This document shows positions 1-7,508 of a stretch of DNA of 32,000 nt, in pieces. How positions within the stretch are numbered: the stretch's first letter is position 1; each line of letters starts with the position of its first letter. A model generated the notes under the pieces. The model did not search any database and had not been told where the DNA came from. It was given only the letters and a program-made list of their open reading frames with translations. The position numbers and the translations under genes were made by a program. Source of the stretch: Methylorubrum extorquens (GTDB lineage: Bacteria; Pseudomonadota; Alphaproteobacteria; Rhizobiales; Beijerinckiaceae); NCBI GenBank assembly GCA_900234795.1, contig LT962688.1, positions 930,001-962,000 of the forward strand. The letters are read 5' to 3'.

Positions 1-125
1 CTCAGCCGTGGCGGGGTTTTGTGCTTCCAGACGCCACTAATTGCACCCCGAACGTTACTATCGTACGGTTTCGTACGGAGCCGCAGGCCTATGAGACCTC
101 CTCGGCCGCACGAACTGGAGCACTC

Positions 126-317
126 ATGAAGCCCACCCAACGACGCTATGGGCGTGGCGCGCCTGTACGTCATGAGGCGTGGATTGATCGAAGATCCGCC
201 CGAACGGCCAAAACGATAAGGTGGGCGAGGCGCAAGGGGGCCTCGGTACGTATCGACAATCAGCACCCCGCGCTTAACGACAACGTCGTGCAGTCCGTGG
301 CTCTCGATCTCATCTGA
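126..317 (+). CDS. small hypothetical protein (63 aa), paralog of 11583..11780
   Basis: ATG 126 is preceded by GGAG at 117-120 and lies inside track ORF 21..317. The product has RHEAWIDRR and NDNVV motifs, shared as RHETWINRR and NDNVI with the 11583..11780 product. A hairpin plus T-run follows the stop. Confidence 0.5.
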   Translation: MKPTQRRYGRGAPVRHEAWIDRRSARTAKTIRWARRKGASVRIDNQHPALNDNVVQSVALDLI

Positions 318-323
318 GGCTCT

Positions 324-357
324 TCAAACCCCGCCCGGCTCAGCCGCGGCGGGGTTT
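324..357. terminator. GC-rich hairpin between convergent ORF ends (rho-independent-like on + strand)
   Basis: Perfect 10-bp stem AAACCCCGCC (324-333) / GGCGGGGTTT (346-355), 12-nt loop, T-run 353-357. It lies between the stop at 315-317 (+) and the stop at 364-366 (-). A near-copy of the right arm plus T-run is at 1-20. Confidence 0.6.
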
Positions 358-363
358 TTCGTT

Positions 364-581
364 TCAGGCACCACGCGCCGCAGCCAGCATGCGCTTCCGC
401 ACCTGGGCCATGCGGTCGTCATCACCGACGCCGGCCGCCGCAGCCTCCCGCCCGACGGCATCGGCTCGGCGGCCTGCGACGGCTCTCCTTCCCCCGTCGC
501 CACGTTCACAATGAACTTGGCGAGTTGATTGGGGTCGCGGGGCGCTCGGGTGTGGTCATCGCCGGGCCTCCCATGAGGCAA
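364..581 (-). pseudogene. small gene apparently split between two frames (N-terminal RDPNQLAKFIVNVATGE motif; C-terminal DDDRMAQVRKRML tail)
   Basis: Track ORF 324..581 gives the N-terminal part. A different frame ending at TGA 364-366 reads ...GVGDDDRMAQVRKRMLAAARGA, matching the tail of 858..1055. I found no ATG in the tail frame, which turns Arg-rich and implausible further upstream. Confidence 0.3.
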
Positions 582-753
582 TCAGCACATTCAGCGCCGC
601 CTTCATATCGAGGCGTGCCGCTTCGAAGCTGCTGTAAGGCGCGCTTGAATGGTCCATCACGGCGCCGCGTCGCTTTATAGACCACGTAAAGGCATGGCCC
701 CCGAAGTGAAGCCGTTTCACGTCAACGACGAACGGGTGTGTGGGTGCAGACAT
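556..753 (-). CDS. small protein (65 aa), YegP/DUF1508-like pattern; paralog of 2461..2658
   Basis: ATG at 753 lies within track ORF 556..759. The product reads ...HFGGHAFTWSIKRRGAVMDHSSAPYSSFEAARLDMKAAL. It has the same length and the same F-x-W-x-I-[RK]-x-x-G...S...[YL]...A pattern as the 2461..2658 product. Confidence 0.5.
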   Translation of the reverse strand: MSAPTHPFVVDVKRLHFGGHAFTWSIKRRGAVMDHSSAPYSSFEAARLDMKAALNVLIASWEARR

Positions 754-857
754 GCTCAATCATGCCACACCGGGTCGCGCGCTCAAAGGCCGGTTCAACC
801 TCCATAAATTTCAAACCGGCTCACTACCCGGCACCCGCCGCGCGGGGCTTTCTCGTT

Positions 858-1055
858 TCAGGCTCCGCACACCGCTGTAAGCATCCGCTTCCGCACCTCG
901 GTCATGCGGTCGTCATCGCTGGCGCCGGACTCCGAAGCTTCCCACCAGACGGTCTCGTAGATCAGCCGCACGATCGCCTCGTCCAGGCCGAGACCCTGCG
1001 CGAACCGGAGCAGGCTGCGCATCTCGGCGGCGGATTGTTCGGTGTCTTCGCTCAT
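858..1055 (-). CDS. small hypothetical protein (65 aa) ending DDDRMTEVRKRMLTAVCGA
   Basis: Internal ATG 1055 of track ORF 858..1091 lies 4 nt downstream of the TAG (1060-1062) of the preceding gene. The C-terminal tail and 3' flank are repeated at 364-411 and 6971-7012. Confidence 0.45.
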   Translation of the reverse strand: MSEDTEQSAAEMRSLLRFAQGLGLDEAIVRLIYETVWWEASESGASDDDRMTEVRKRMLTAVCGA

Positions 1056-1059
1056 CGGC

Positions 1060-1278
1060 CTACCGGACCGCGATCGTGCGTTCTCCGACAACGACCTTCG
1101 CCGGCTCGGTCGGATGCCGCTCCACGATGCGCTTGATCCCGTAGGGCCGCAGCTTGTCCCGAGCCGCGTCGCTGCCTGTCATGAGCGCGCGGGCCAGAAG
1201 GTCGGCCAGATCCTTGCCGCTGCCGCAGATGGCCCCGGCGCTGCCGTTGTCGATCTCGATGATGGTGCGCATGCTCAC
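1060..1278 (-). CDS. hypothetical protein (72 aa)
   Basis: Track ORF. Its GTG start (1276-1278) overlaps the TGA (1275-1277) of the upstream reading frame as GTGA, suggesting translational coupling. Confidence 0.45.
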   Translation of the reverse strand: MSMRTIIEIDNGSAGAICGSGKDLADLLARALMTGSDAARDKLRPYGIKRIVERHPTEPAKVVVGERTIAVR

Positions 1279-1670
1279 GCCTTCTGCGCCCGCGCCGCGA
1301 ACTCCCAGATCGGAATGCCCGTTGGCGCGCCGGGCGTGTTCTGGTAGCCGCTTACGTTGCCGAACAAGATCCGGTTGGGCTCGATACCGATCGCCTTATT
1401 CCCTCCGGTGATCATCACCCCGCACCAATCGATACGCAACGTGCCGTGCTGGGGGTGAACGCCGAAGAGCAGTGGCGCGGTCTAGCCTAAGCGCACGGCT
1501 TCGGCGCTGAAGCGCTCGATGAAATCCGTGCATGCCTCGTGGATGTTCGCCCAGGCAGTGGCGCCGAGATAGCGGCACGGTGAGGAGGTGGGGCGTAGGG
1601 CACCGAAGGCTTTCCGCCATTCAGCAGCCTCAGGCGGGAGGTGATCGGGCGCAAGTTCGGGAAGGAGCAT
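1275..1670 (-). pseudogene. about 130-codon reading frame interrupted by one in-frame TAG (1482-1484)
   Basis: Track ORF 1482..1670 ends ...AEAVRLG-TAG. I read the next 68 codons (1481 down to 1278) in the same frame: TAPLLFGVHPQHGTLRIDWCGVMITGGNKAIGIEPNRILFGNVSGYQNTPGAPTGIPIWEFAARAQKA, then TGA at 1275-1277. Confidence 0.45.
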
Positions 1671-1805
1671 TACGGCTGCCGGCTGATGGCGGGGCCGACG
1701 GCATAGGGGTGCCGGGTTGCTTCAGGCTTGCTGGTCGCTAGCGGACGAACTCCGGTGCTTCCTGCCCTCGCCGAGGGCGGTTGATGGTAGGGACTTGGGT
1801 CCTCC

Positions 1806-2204
1806 CTACGCACCCTCCGCAAGCCTCTTGAGGCTCGCTAAATCCCTTCTGACCCAAGCCTCGTCCTCGGCGAGTTTCTCATCGCTCATGTCTGGCTGTC
1901 GGAACAGGGTCAGCATTACCTCGCTGCCTTCTCCGTTCGCGATGACCCGCATGGGCACGTAGACGACGCGCCCGTCTCCAAGATCAACCCAGTGGTCCAT
2001 CACGCCGAATCTATTGTGCTCCGAAAACGTGATCCTGATAGGCCCTTCCGGTCCCTGAGCACTCCACGCTGCCCCTTCGCGTTTGAGAGGCGCGTTGCTG
2101 AGACCTGACGCCCATTTCGGGAAGGTCTCGGGCATCCAGATCATCTCGTAAAGTTCGCGTGCGGTTCTCCGAACCGAACAAGTAATTACTTTGGCTTCCA
2201 ACAT
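1806..2204 (-). CDS. SRPBCC-fold-like (polyketide cyclase/START-type) small protein
   Basis: Track ORF 1806..2225; ATG 2204 (MLEAKVITCSVRR...) is preferred. The length and the pattern ...FPKWASGL...FGVMDHWV...PMRVIANGEGSEV.LTLFRQPDMSDE resemble proteins I recall as annotated SRPBCC family. Confidence 0.5.
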   Translation of the reverse strand: MLEAKVITCSVRRTARELYEMIWMPETFPKWASGLSNAPLKREGAAWSAQGPEGPIRITFSEHNRFGVMDHWVDLGDGRVVYVPMRVIANGEGSEVMLTLFRQPDMSDEKLAEDEAWVRRDLASLKRLAEGA

Positions 2205-2460
2205 GCTCTGCCCTGAAACAACCAACGAGCATGCCTCGACCCGCTACGCCGCGGATCGGACAGCGCCCAAAAGATAATCACGAAGCATCAGCCTGAAGCC
2301 ACTTTCAAGCGCTCAAGCCTCCCGCGCCGGCGCCAGCAGGATCGCGGTGCGGACGGCGTTGCGCTTGACGGATGTGCTGGATTCTTGATTGGCGATGACG
2401 TGGCTGGCCCATAAATGCTTAACGACCGCTGCATCGACAGCGAGGGCGCTTAGGGCGCGG

Positions 2461-2658
2461 TCATCGCTCGCCAACTCCCGACAGCAACTTATCGATTTGC
2501 GCCATCCCGTTCTCTCGGGCTTTGGCCTCGGTTCGCAGGTCGCGGTCCGATCTCTGAGCAAGCTTCCCGTTCTTGCGGATGGCCCACTGGAACGAGCCCC
2601 CTTCCTTTTTCGGGTGAAGGATTTCGAGGCTGTAGGGGTGAATTGCCGGATCGGTCAT
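2461..2658 (-). CDS. small protein (65 aa), YegP/DUF1508-like pattern; paralog of 556..753
   Basis: Track ORF. The product reads ...KKEGGSFQWAIRKNGKLAQRSDRDLRTEAKARENGMAQIDKLL. Confidence 0.5.
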   Translation of the reverse strand: MTDPAIHPYSLEILHPKKEGGSFQWAIRKNGKLAQRSDRDLRTEAKARENGMAQIDKLLSGVGER

Positions 2659-2788
2659 GGCCTGAGCCTACATCGGTCCCCTGCTCGGACCAAGAGTAGG
2701 TCAACCCTCATAAAATCCAAACTGACTCACTACCGGTCGGTGACGGCCTTGGCCTTAAAGAGTTCGCCGGCGGTGGGGGACGATTCGC

Positions 2789-3124
2789 TCACTGCACGGT
2801 GTCTCCGTCCTCCGCCTGGAGCATCCGCAACGCCTCGCGAGTGACCTGATGCAGATCGGAGAGCCCCTGCATTCCGAGCGGGACGCCGACGCGCTGTCCC
2901 TCGACCGTCGTCAGCACGATCACGGCAAGTGATTCGCCCATGAGCAGACCGGGCTTTGGCGCACAGATCGGTAGCAGGAAATCGCCGTCGCCTTCGATGG
3001 CGTCCTTGGCTTTGTCTGGTCGGAAGGGTGACGGCTCGGCTATGATGCTTACTATGTGCTTACCGGAGAAGCGCTTCGGCAAGCAGAATAGAGCTGAGTA
3101 ATGGTGCCGCAATAGGGATTCCAA
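2789..3124 (-). CDS. hypothetical protein (start uncertain)
   Basis: Track ORF only. No recognisable motif; several internal Met could be the start. Confidence 0.3.
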   Translation of the reverse strand: MESLLRHHYSALFCLPKRFSGKHIVSIIAEPSPFRPDKAKDAIEGDGDFLLPICAPKPGLLMGESLAVIVLTTVEGQRVGVPLGMQGLSDLHQVTREALRMLQAEDGDTVQ

Positions 3125-3301
3125 ACCCCGCCCCCCTCATTGAAGAAGACGATCAGGGCAACCCGCAGCCTCAACCTCAGCCGCACGCAGACTTCCCGAA
3201 GAGGACGACCCTGCGGTGGAGAACATCGAGCAGCAGCCGACCTGACATGCCGCCTGGGCTCGGCGCCTAGCTATTCGCCGAGTCCAGTTTCGAGCTTGCT
3301 G

Positions 3302-3802
3302 TCAGGCCGGCTCAGCCACCTTGCGAGGCCGACCAGCGCGCTTTGGCTTTGAGGCCATCGTCGGTTCAGGTGCCGGCTCAGGCGCAGGTTCCGCTTTCTT
3401 GCGCGGATTGCCCAGGCCGAGCTGCTTGGCCAGCGCCGAGCGCGAGGCCGAGTAATTCGCGGCGACCGAGGGGTAGTCGTTCGGCAGTCCGTAGCGACCG
3501 CGATACCCTTCAATCGTGAGGCCATGCACGCTGAGATGCCGCTTCAGGGTGCGATACGGCTTGCCATCGACAAAGGAGATCAGCGCGTCCGGCGTAACCG
3601 ACTTCTTGATCTGCGCTGGCGTCGGCTTCTCAATCTCGCTACCGGCTTCGGCTGCCGGTGTCGCCGACAGGCTGACAAACGCACCATGCACCTGCATTAG
3701 CAGGGTCGGCAAATCGCTTGCTGGGACGGAGTTGTTGCTGACGTAGGCAGCGACGATGTCCGCCGTCAACATCAGCAAATCGGGAGATGTGTTGTCGTCC
3801 AT
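3302..3802 (-). CDS. mucR: MucR/Ros-family transcriptional regulator, Cys-less variant with AT-hook-like tail
   Basis: ATG 3802 is preceded by AAGGAG. The product has KRHLSVHGLTIEGYRGRYGLPNDYPSVAANYSASRSALAKQLGLG, which matches the Ros/MucR core. At the Ros C-x2-C position it reads S-F-V-D. The C-terminus has PAPEPAPEP followed by KRAGRPRK. Confidence 0.85.
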   Translation of the reverse strand: MDDNTSPDLLMLTADIVAAYVSNNSVPASDLPTLLMQVHGAFVSLSATPAAEAGSEIEKPTPAQIKKSVTPDALISFVDGKPYRTLKRHLSVHGLTIEGYRGRYGLPNDYPSVAANYSASRSALAKQLGLGNPRKKAEPAPEPAPEPTMASKPKRAGRPRKVAEPA

Positions 3803-3949
3803 AGTGGTGTGCTCCTTCTCAGGCAGCACAATCACGACATTTGACGTACCGCAACAGGTCCACACTAAAATAGTTGTGTGGAGGCGTTCAGTTTATCCGG
3901 CAGGAGCCTCAGCGGGTAGCAGCGGCAGGGCTGCCACCCGCCGAGAGCG

Positions 3950-4258
3950 TTAAGCCGCCTGGGCGACCGGCGCAGGAACACCCTGCGCGACGCCGTTCTG
4001 GATCGGTCGCGTTCCCTTCGTGCTTATCGGTGATCCAAAAGGTGCGCGGTACAGAAGATCCACAGCATTCCAGAAAGCGGCGCGCTCGTCGGGCGTCAGG
4101 CGGCTTAGAACGATCCGGATCTCAGCCATTGCGGCGGCAGCGCTGACACCAAGATTGTCGACAGCGAAGTAGAGCTGAGGAGCAGCCATGTGATGACATG
4201 CGGATGCTTCGAGTTCTCCCGGTAACCAGTGTGCTGCTGCCGGTTTCCATTGAGACAT
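3950..4258 (-). CDS. hypothetical protein (possibly starting at ATG 4189)
   Basis: Track ORF only; no motif recognised. Confidence 0.3.
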   Translation of the reverse strand: MSQWKPAAAHWLPGELEASACHHMAAPQLYFAVDNLGVSAAAAMAEIRIVLSRLTPDERAAFWNAVDLLYRAPFGSPISTKGTRPIQNGVAQGVPAPVAQAA

Positions 4259-4385
4259 CTCCTAGGGGAACATACCGGTCTGCTGCCCAACCGACATCTC
4301 ACCTAGGAGGGATCCGGCTATCACGCGGGCCAGAGGACACCATCTTAGTTCGCTTTGGAGTGGCAAACAGGAGCAGGAGGAGTTC

Positions 4386-4604
4386 ATGACCAGCACCAGG
4401 GAAGCGATGCCACCCGCCGTTGACGACAGCCTCGGGAAGCGCATCTCGAACCAAGGCAACCCCGATCGGGCCGCAGAGGCGGCCCCCGGGCAACGCCTAG
4501 CCGACGAGAATATGGAGGAGCGCCAGGACCAGTTGCTCGACGAAGCCGTCGAAGAGACCTTCCCGGCGAGCGATCCCATCTCGCCAAAGCGCATCACGAA
4601 GTAG
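4386..4604 (+). CDS. small acidic hypothetical protein with EETFPASDP motif
   Basis: ATG 4386 is preceded by AGGAGCAGGAGGAG. The ...LDEAVEETFPASDPISP motif recurs in small alphaproteobacterial proteins of unknown function, from memory. Confidence 0.55.
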   Translation: MTSTREAMPPAVDDSLGKRISNQGNPDRAAEAAPGQRLADENMEERQDQLLDEAVEETFPASDPISPKRITK

Positions 4605-4715
4605 GCGCCTAATATTGACATTTGACGCGAAAGCTTCGCTTTCCGGCTTCGGCCACGATGTCGAGCGCGCACGTCAACCGCGTGCTGCCAGCCCTACGAT
4701 GGGCCGGGCTGCGAC

Positions 4716-6224
4716 CTAGTGGCCATCTTGAACGGCAGGGCGCACCCCGGCTGTGGTCGCGATCAAGACAGCCTCGGGTAGAGAGTGGGCGCCGAGCGCC
4801 TCCATGATCCGAGCCCGGTGGATCTCCACCGTGCGCGGGCTCAGGCCCAGCGCTCGACCGATCGTCTTGTTGGTCCCGCCTGCGAGCAAACCCTCCAGCA
4901 CGGCGCGCTCTCGATGGGATAGCGCCGCGATCCGGGCACGGGCCTCGTCGCCCCCGCGCGCCCGATCAGCTTCGGCTTGGATCTCGGCGTGTGCCGTCTT
5001 GACGGCGAACAGCAGCGCCTCCGGTGCCCAGGGGGCTTCGAGGAAATCGACCGCTCCCGCCTTCATGACGCGGACCCCGAAGCCGACTTCACCTCCGCTC
5101 GCGCCGACCGCCACCACGGGCAGGTGTGCACGTGCCGCCTTAAGCTGGCTGACGACAACTAGGTCATCGGCTTCCTCTAGGTTGAGCACGACACAGCCGG
5201 GTATCAGCGAGCCCGCCATCTTGAGGAGGGCCTGAGCGTTCCCAAAGGCTCGCACCTCGTAACCGGCGGCCTGTAGGGCCCCGACGAGACGGTGTCGGGC
5301 GTCATCGCCGACCGCAACTACGTAGGCGCGCCGGCTGGTGTCGGTGGTGATGTCCTGCGCGATGCCGCCCACTGACCGGCTCCGTCCGTCGATGCCTGGG
5401 ATCGGGAAGAAGGTGTCGCGGATGCGGCGCACCACGTGGTCTGAGGCGCGTTGGATGCGGTACTCCAGAACCAGCGTCTCACCACCGCCGACCCGCTCTA
5501 GCGCTCGTGCCGCGGCGTTGCGGTCCTCCGGGTGAACGCTGGCGAGCCAGTTCGTGATGTCCGGCATGTCCTCGATGGGCCTGCCCCAAACCTGTGCGAA
5601 GGCCGGGCTGAGATAGTCGAGCTGCCCGCTTTCCAGATCGGCCAGCCAGAGCACGTTCACCGAATGCTCGGCGAAGCGCCGGAAGCGTTCCTCGGTCAAG
5701 CGCAAGGCACTCACCGACTGCAGGCGGTCGATCACCGGCCCCAAAATGATGGCGTAGGTGCGCAGGAACTCGGTGTCCTCGTCACCGAAGTCGCGCGGTT
5801 CGGTCGCGTCCACCTCCAACAGGCCGTAAGCCTTCCAGCCGGGCAAGAAGATCGGCACGTTGGCGAATGCGATGACCCCGGCCTCCTTCATGAACTCGGG
5901 CACATCGAAGCGCTCCTCCTTGCGGATATCCTGCGTAATGGTGGGCTCGCCTTCCTTGATCGCGAAGGTCTCGGACGAGGGCTCTCTCATGGGAAGGCGC
6001 AGCTGACCAACGATGCCCGGATCCCAGCCGACGCCGGCCCGTACGAAGAGTGCTTGTCCATCCTGCTGGATCTCCAGGATCTTGGTGCGGGTGATGCCGC
6101 AAGCCTCGGCGACGAGACGGCAGGCTTCAGCCAGCACCTCGTCGAGGTTCTCGCTGCGCAGGACGAACTCGCCGAAGTCGGCCAGCACGCGCTGGCGCTT
6201 CATCATCTGCTCATGGCTGGGCAT
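4716..6224 (-). CDS. GAF-PAS-(degenerate receiver)-LuxR/FixJ-type HTH transcriptional regulator
   Basis: ATG 6224 ([11 protein letters not shown]) with GGAGAA upstream. Domain segments: GAF-like ([11 protein letters not shown]...LRTYAIILG), PAS ([17 protein letters not shown]...GIAQDIT), receiver-like ([10 protein letters not shown]...[12 protein letters not shown]). The C-terminal [43 protein letters not shown] is a LuxR-type HTH. Confidence 0.85.
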   Translation of the reverse strand: MPSHEQMMKRQRVLADFGEFVLRSENLDEVLAEACRLVAEACGITRTKILEIQQDGQALFVRAGVGWDPGIVGQLRLPMREPSSETFAIKEGEPTITQDIRKEERFDVPEFMKEAGVIAFANVPIFLPGWKAYGLLEVDATEPRDFGDEDTEFLRTYAIILGPVIDRLQSVSALRLTEERFRRFAEHSVNVLWLADLESGQLDYLSPAFAQVWGRPIEDMPDITNWLASVHPEDRNAAARALERVGGGETLVLEYRIQRASDHVVRRIRDTFFPIPGIDGRSRSVGGIAQDITTDTSRRAYVVAVGDDARHRLVGALQAAGYEVRAFGNAQALLKMAGSLIPGCVVLNLEEADDLVVVSQLKAARAHLPVVAVGASGGEVGFGVRVMKAGAVDFLEAPWAPEALLFAVKTAHAEIQAEADRARGGDEARARIAALSHRERAVLEGLLAGGTNKTIGRALGLSPRTVEIHRARIMEALGAHSLPEAVLIATTAGVRPAVQDGH

Positions 6225-6464
6225 CGGAGTTCTCCGGCGCTGAGCGATCAGGCGCTGGTCAGCGAAGAACCGCGGCTCGACCCCTGCGGAGCACCTCAAC
6301 CACTTGTGTGAACACCGCAAGCCGATCTTGGGTCCAACCCAGCCCACCGTACTGCCTGGAAGCGGACCTTCCAGGCTTCTTCTATGGGTCGGGAGCGGCG
6401 GTTCAGGCATTGCGGACCCGATGTCGGCTTCTGGCGCAGAGCTGAACAAGCGGCATGCCAGCAT

Positions 6465-6514
6465 CTGACCCCAAGCGGATTTCGAGCGTGTGTCAGCCGA
6501 AGTTCTGCATAGGG
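6465..6514. repeat. 50-nt repeat, copy A (48/50 identical to 12274..12323)
   Basis: CTGACCCCAAGCGGATTTCGAGCGTGTGTCAGCCGAAGTTCTGCATAGGG was aligned by eye to copy B at the left edge of the IS. Confidence 0.8.
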
Positions 6515-6564
6515 GCAGAAAGCGGACGCGGCGCGAAGCGGCTTAGCGCAAGCCGCAGGCTGGA

Positions 6565-6599
6565 GCGGCTGCGGCAGCGGCAGCGGCAGCGGCAGCGGA
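6565..6599. repeat. hexanucleotide microsatellite (GCGGCW)x~6
   Basis: GCGGCT GCGGCA GCGGCA GCGGCA GCGGCA GCGGA, read directly. Confidence 0.9.
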
Positions 6600-6686
6600 C
6601 CGAGTTAACGCTGTTCTAAACGAACGTCCGACTCTTCGGAGACAAAATTGCAAGCGCGAGGTTCCTTCTACGGCCAAGCTTAGAGC

Positions 6687-7012
6687 GTGGGCGAGAAGGG
6701 AGTGAGAGCGCTGAATCACACCTTGCGACATGGGGACGAGCCCGTGCTCAGTCCCATTGCCTGGGCGCTGATCGAGCTGGACGAGATCGGCTATGTGGTG
6801 ACTTGCGCTTCGGCCGCCCCGACACCGCGGTGGCGCGTCGACACGGGCTCCGTGATGACATCTCGCCAGATTATCAGCTTCGCAATCGAGGCAACCGCGC
6901 ACGCATCGAGCCGGCTTCAGCCCTCGTCGGCGAGGTCGCCCGCGAAATAGGCACGAGGGACGACGGCCGAATGGCCGAGGTGCGGAAGCGGATGCTCGCG
7001 GCGGCCAGGTGA
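6687..7012 (+). pseudogene. possible frameshifted small gene carrying the third copy of the ...RMAEVRKRML tail
   Basis: Track ORF 6687..6950 and the out-of-frame ORF 6803..7012 overlap. Only the last roughly 35 codons of the second (EPASALVGEVAREIGTRDDGRMAEVRKRMLAAAR) look protein-like. Confidence 0.25.
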
Positions 7013-7026
7013 AGCGCCGCCGGACT

Positions 7027-7152
7027 TCACTCTGCGGCCTTGCGGGCGCTCTGCAAGACAGCGGTGAGCGCGGCGCCCGCGTGCTCGACGCTCATCTTTG
7101 CGAAATCGCCCAGCTCGGCCGGGATCGCGAAGCTTGGCTCCGTGGTGGCCAT
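7027..7152 (-). pseudogene. 41-codon ORF resembling the N-terminus of a phasin
   Basis: My own translation is MATTEPSFAIPAELGDFAKMSVEHAGAALTAVLQSARKAAE-TGA, with GGAGGGG 6 nt upstream of ATG 7152. It resembles the phasin start pattern F-[AE]-I-P-x-E-[LM]-R/G-D-[FL]-A-E/K-x-S-V-E. Confidence 0.3.
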
Positions 7153-7508
7153 GATGCCCCTCCAAACTTTGCGCCGCCGAGCAGTTGCTGTGTTGCCAGA
7201 GCTGCATGGTGCCTCGCGACGTAACCGTCAAGCTGAATGAAGCGGCGGCTCATACCGTTATAGCAGTTCGGCTTTCACGCTTGAGACTTCAGGGCGCCAT
7301 CTTGCTGCCGTCGTATACTTTATGCGAATTGATGCTCATTGTGCGCAATCATAATGTGCCGGATCGAATTGCGTAAACTGCGAAGGTTGTCACTTAATAT
7401 TTGTTTGTTCTGCAGGAAGCCGCGTGCATAAGCTTGTAAATTGTACCTTGGTATGAAATGAAAGCTGCAAGCCTAGCGAGATAAAGAAGTCGCAGGCGGG
7501 GGCATCAA

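Noticed and set aside
3836-3846. 11-mer GACATTTGACG shared between the mucR upstream region and 4617-4627.
   Set aside because: With about 3.2e4 positions, roughly a hundred chance 11-mer coincidences are expected, so this is not significant.
4266-4295. GGAAC box upstream of the EETFPASDP small gene, checked as a possible EcfG-type general-stress promoter (GGAAC-N16-17-CGTT).
   Set aside because: There is no CGTT at the required spacing (AACC is found instead).
6225-6464. N-terminal extensions offered by the ORF track. Examples are 80 extra codons on the GAF-PAS-LuxR gene, 21 on mucR, 21 on ttuB, 28 on the GntR gene, 61 on 25655..26341 and 118 on 27010..28107.
   Set aside because: The internal ATGs are preceded by clear SD sequences, the conserved protein starts there, and the extensions are compositionally non-protein-like.
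6543-6902. 119-aa minus-strand ORF containing an 11-residue poly-Ala run.
   Set aside because: The poly-Ala run is simply the GCGGCA microsatellite read in frame. The rest is Arg-rich with no start context.
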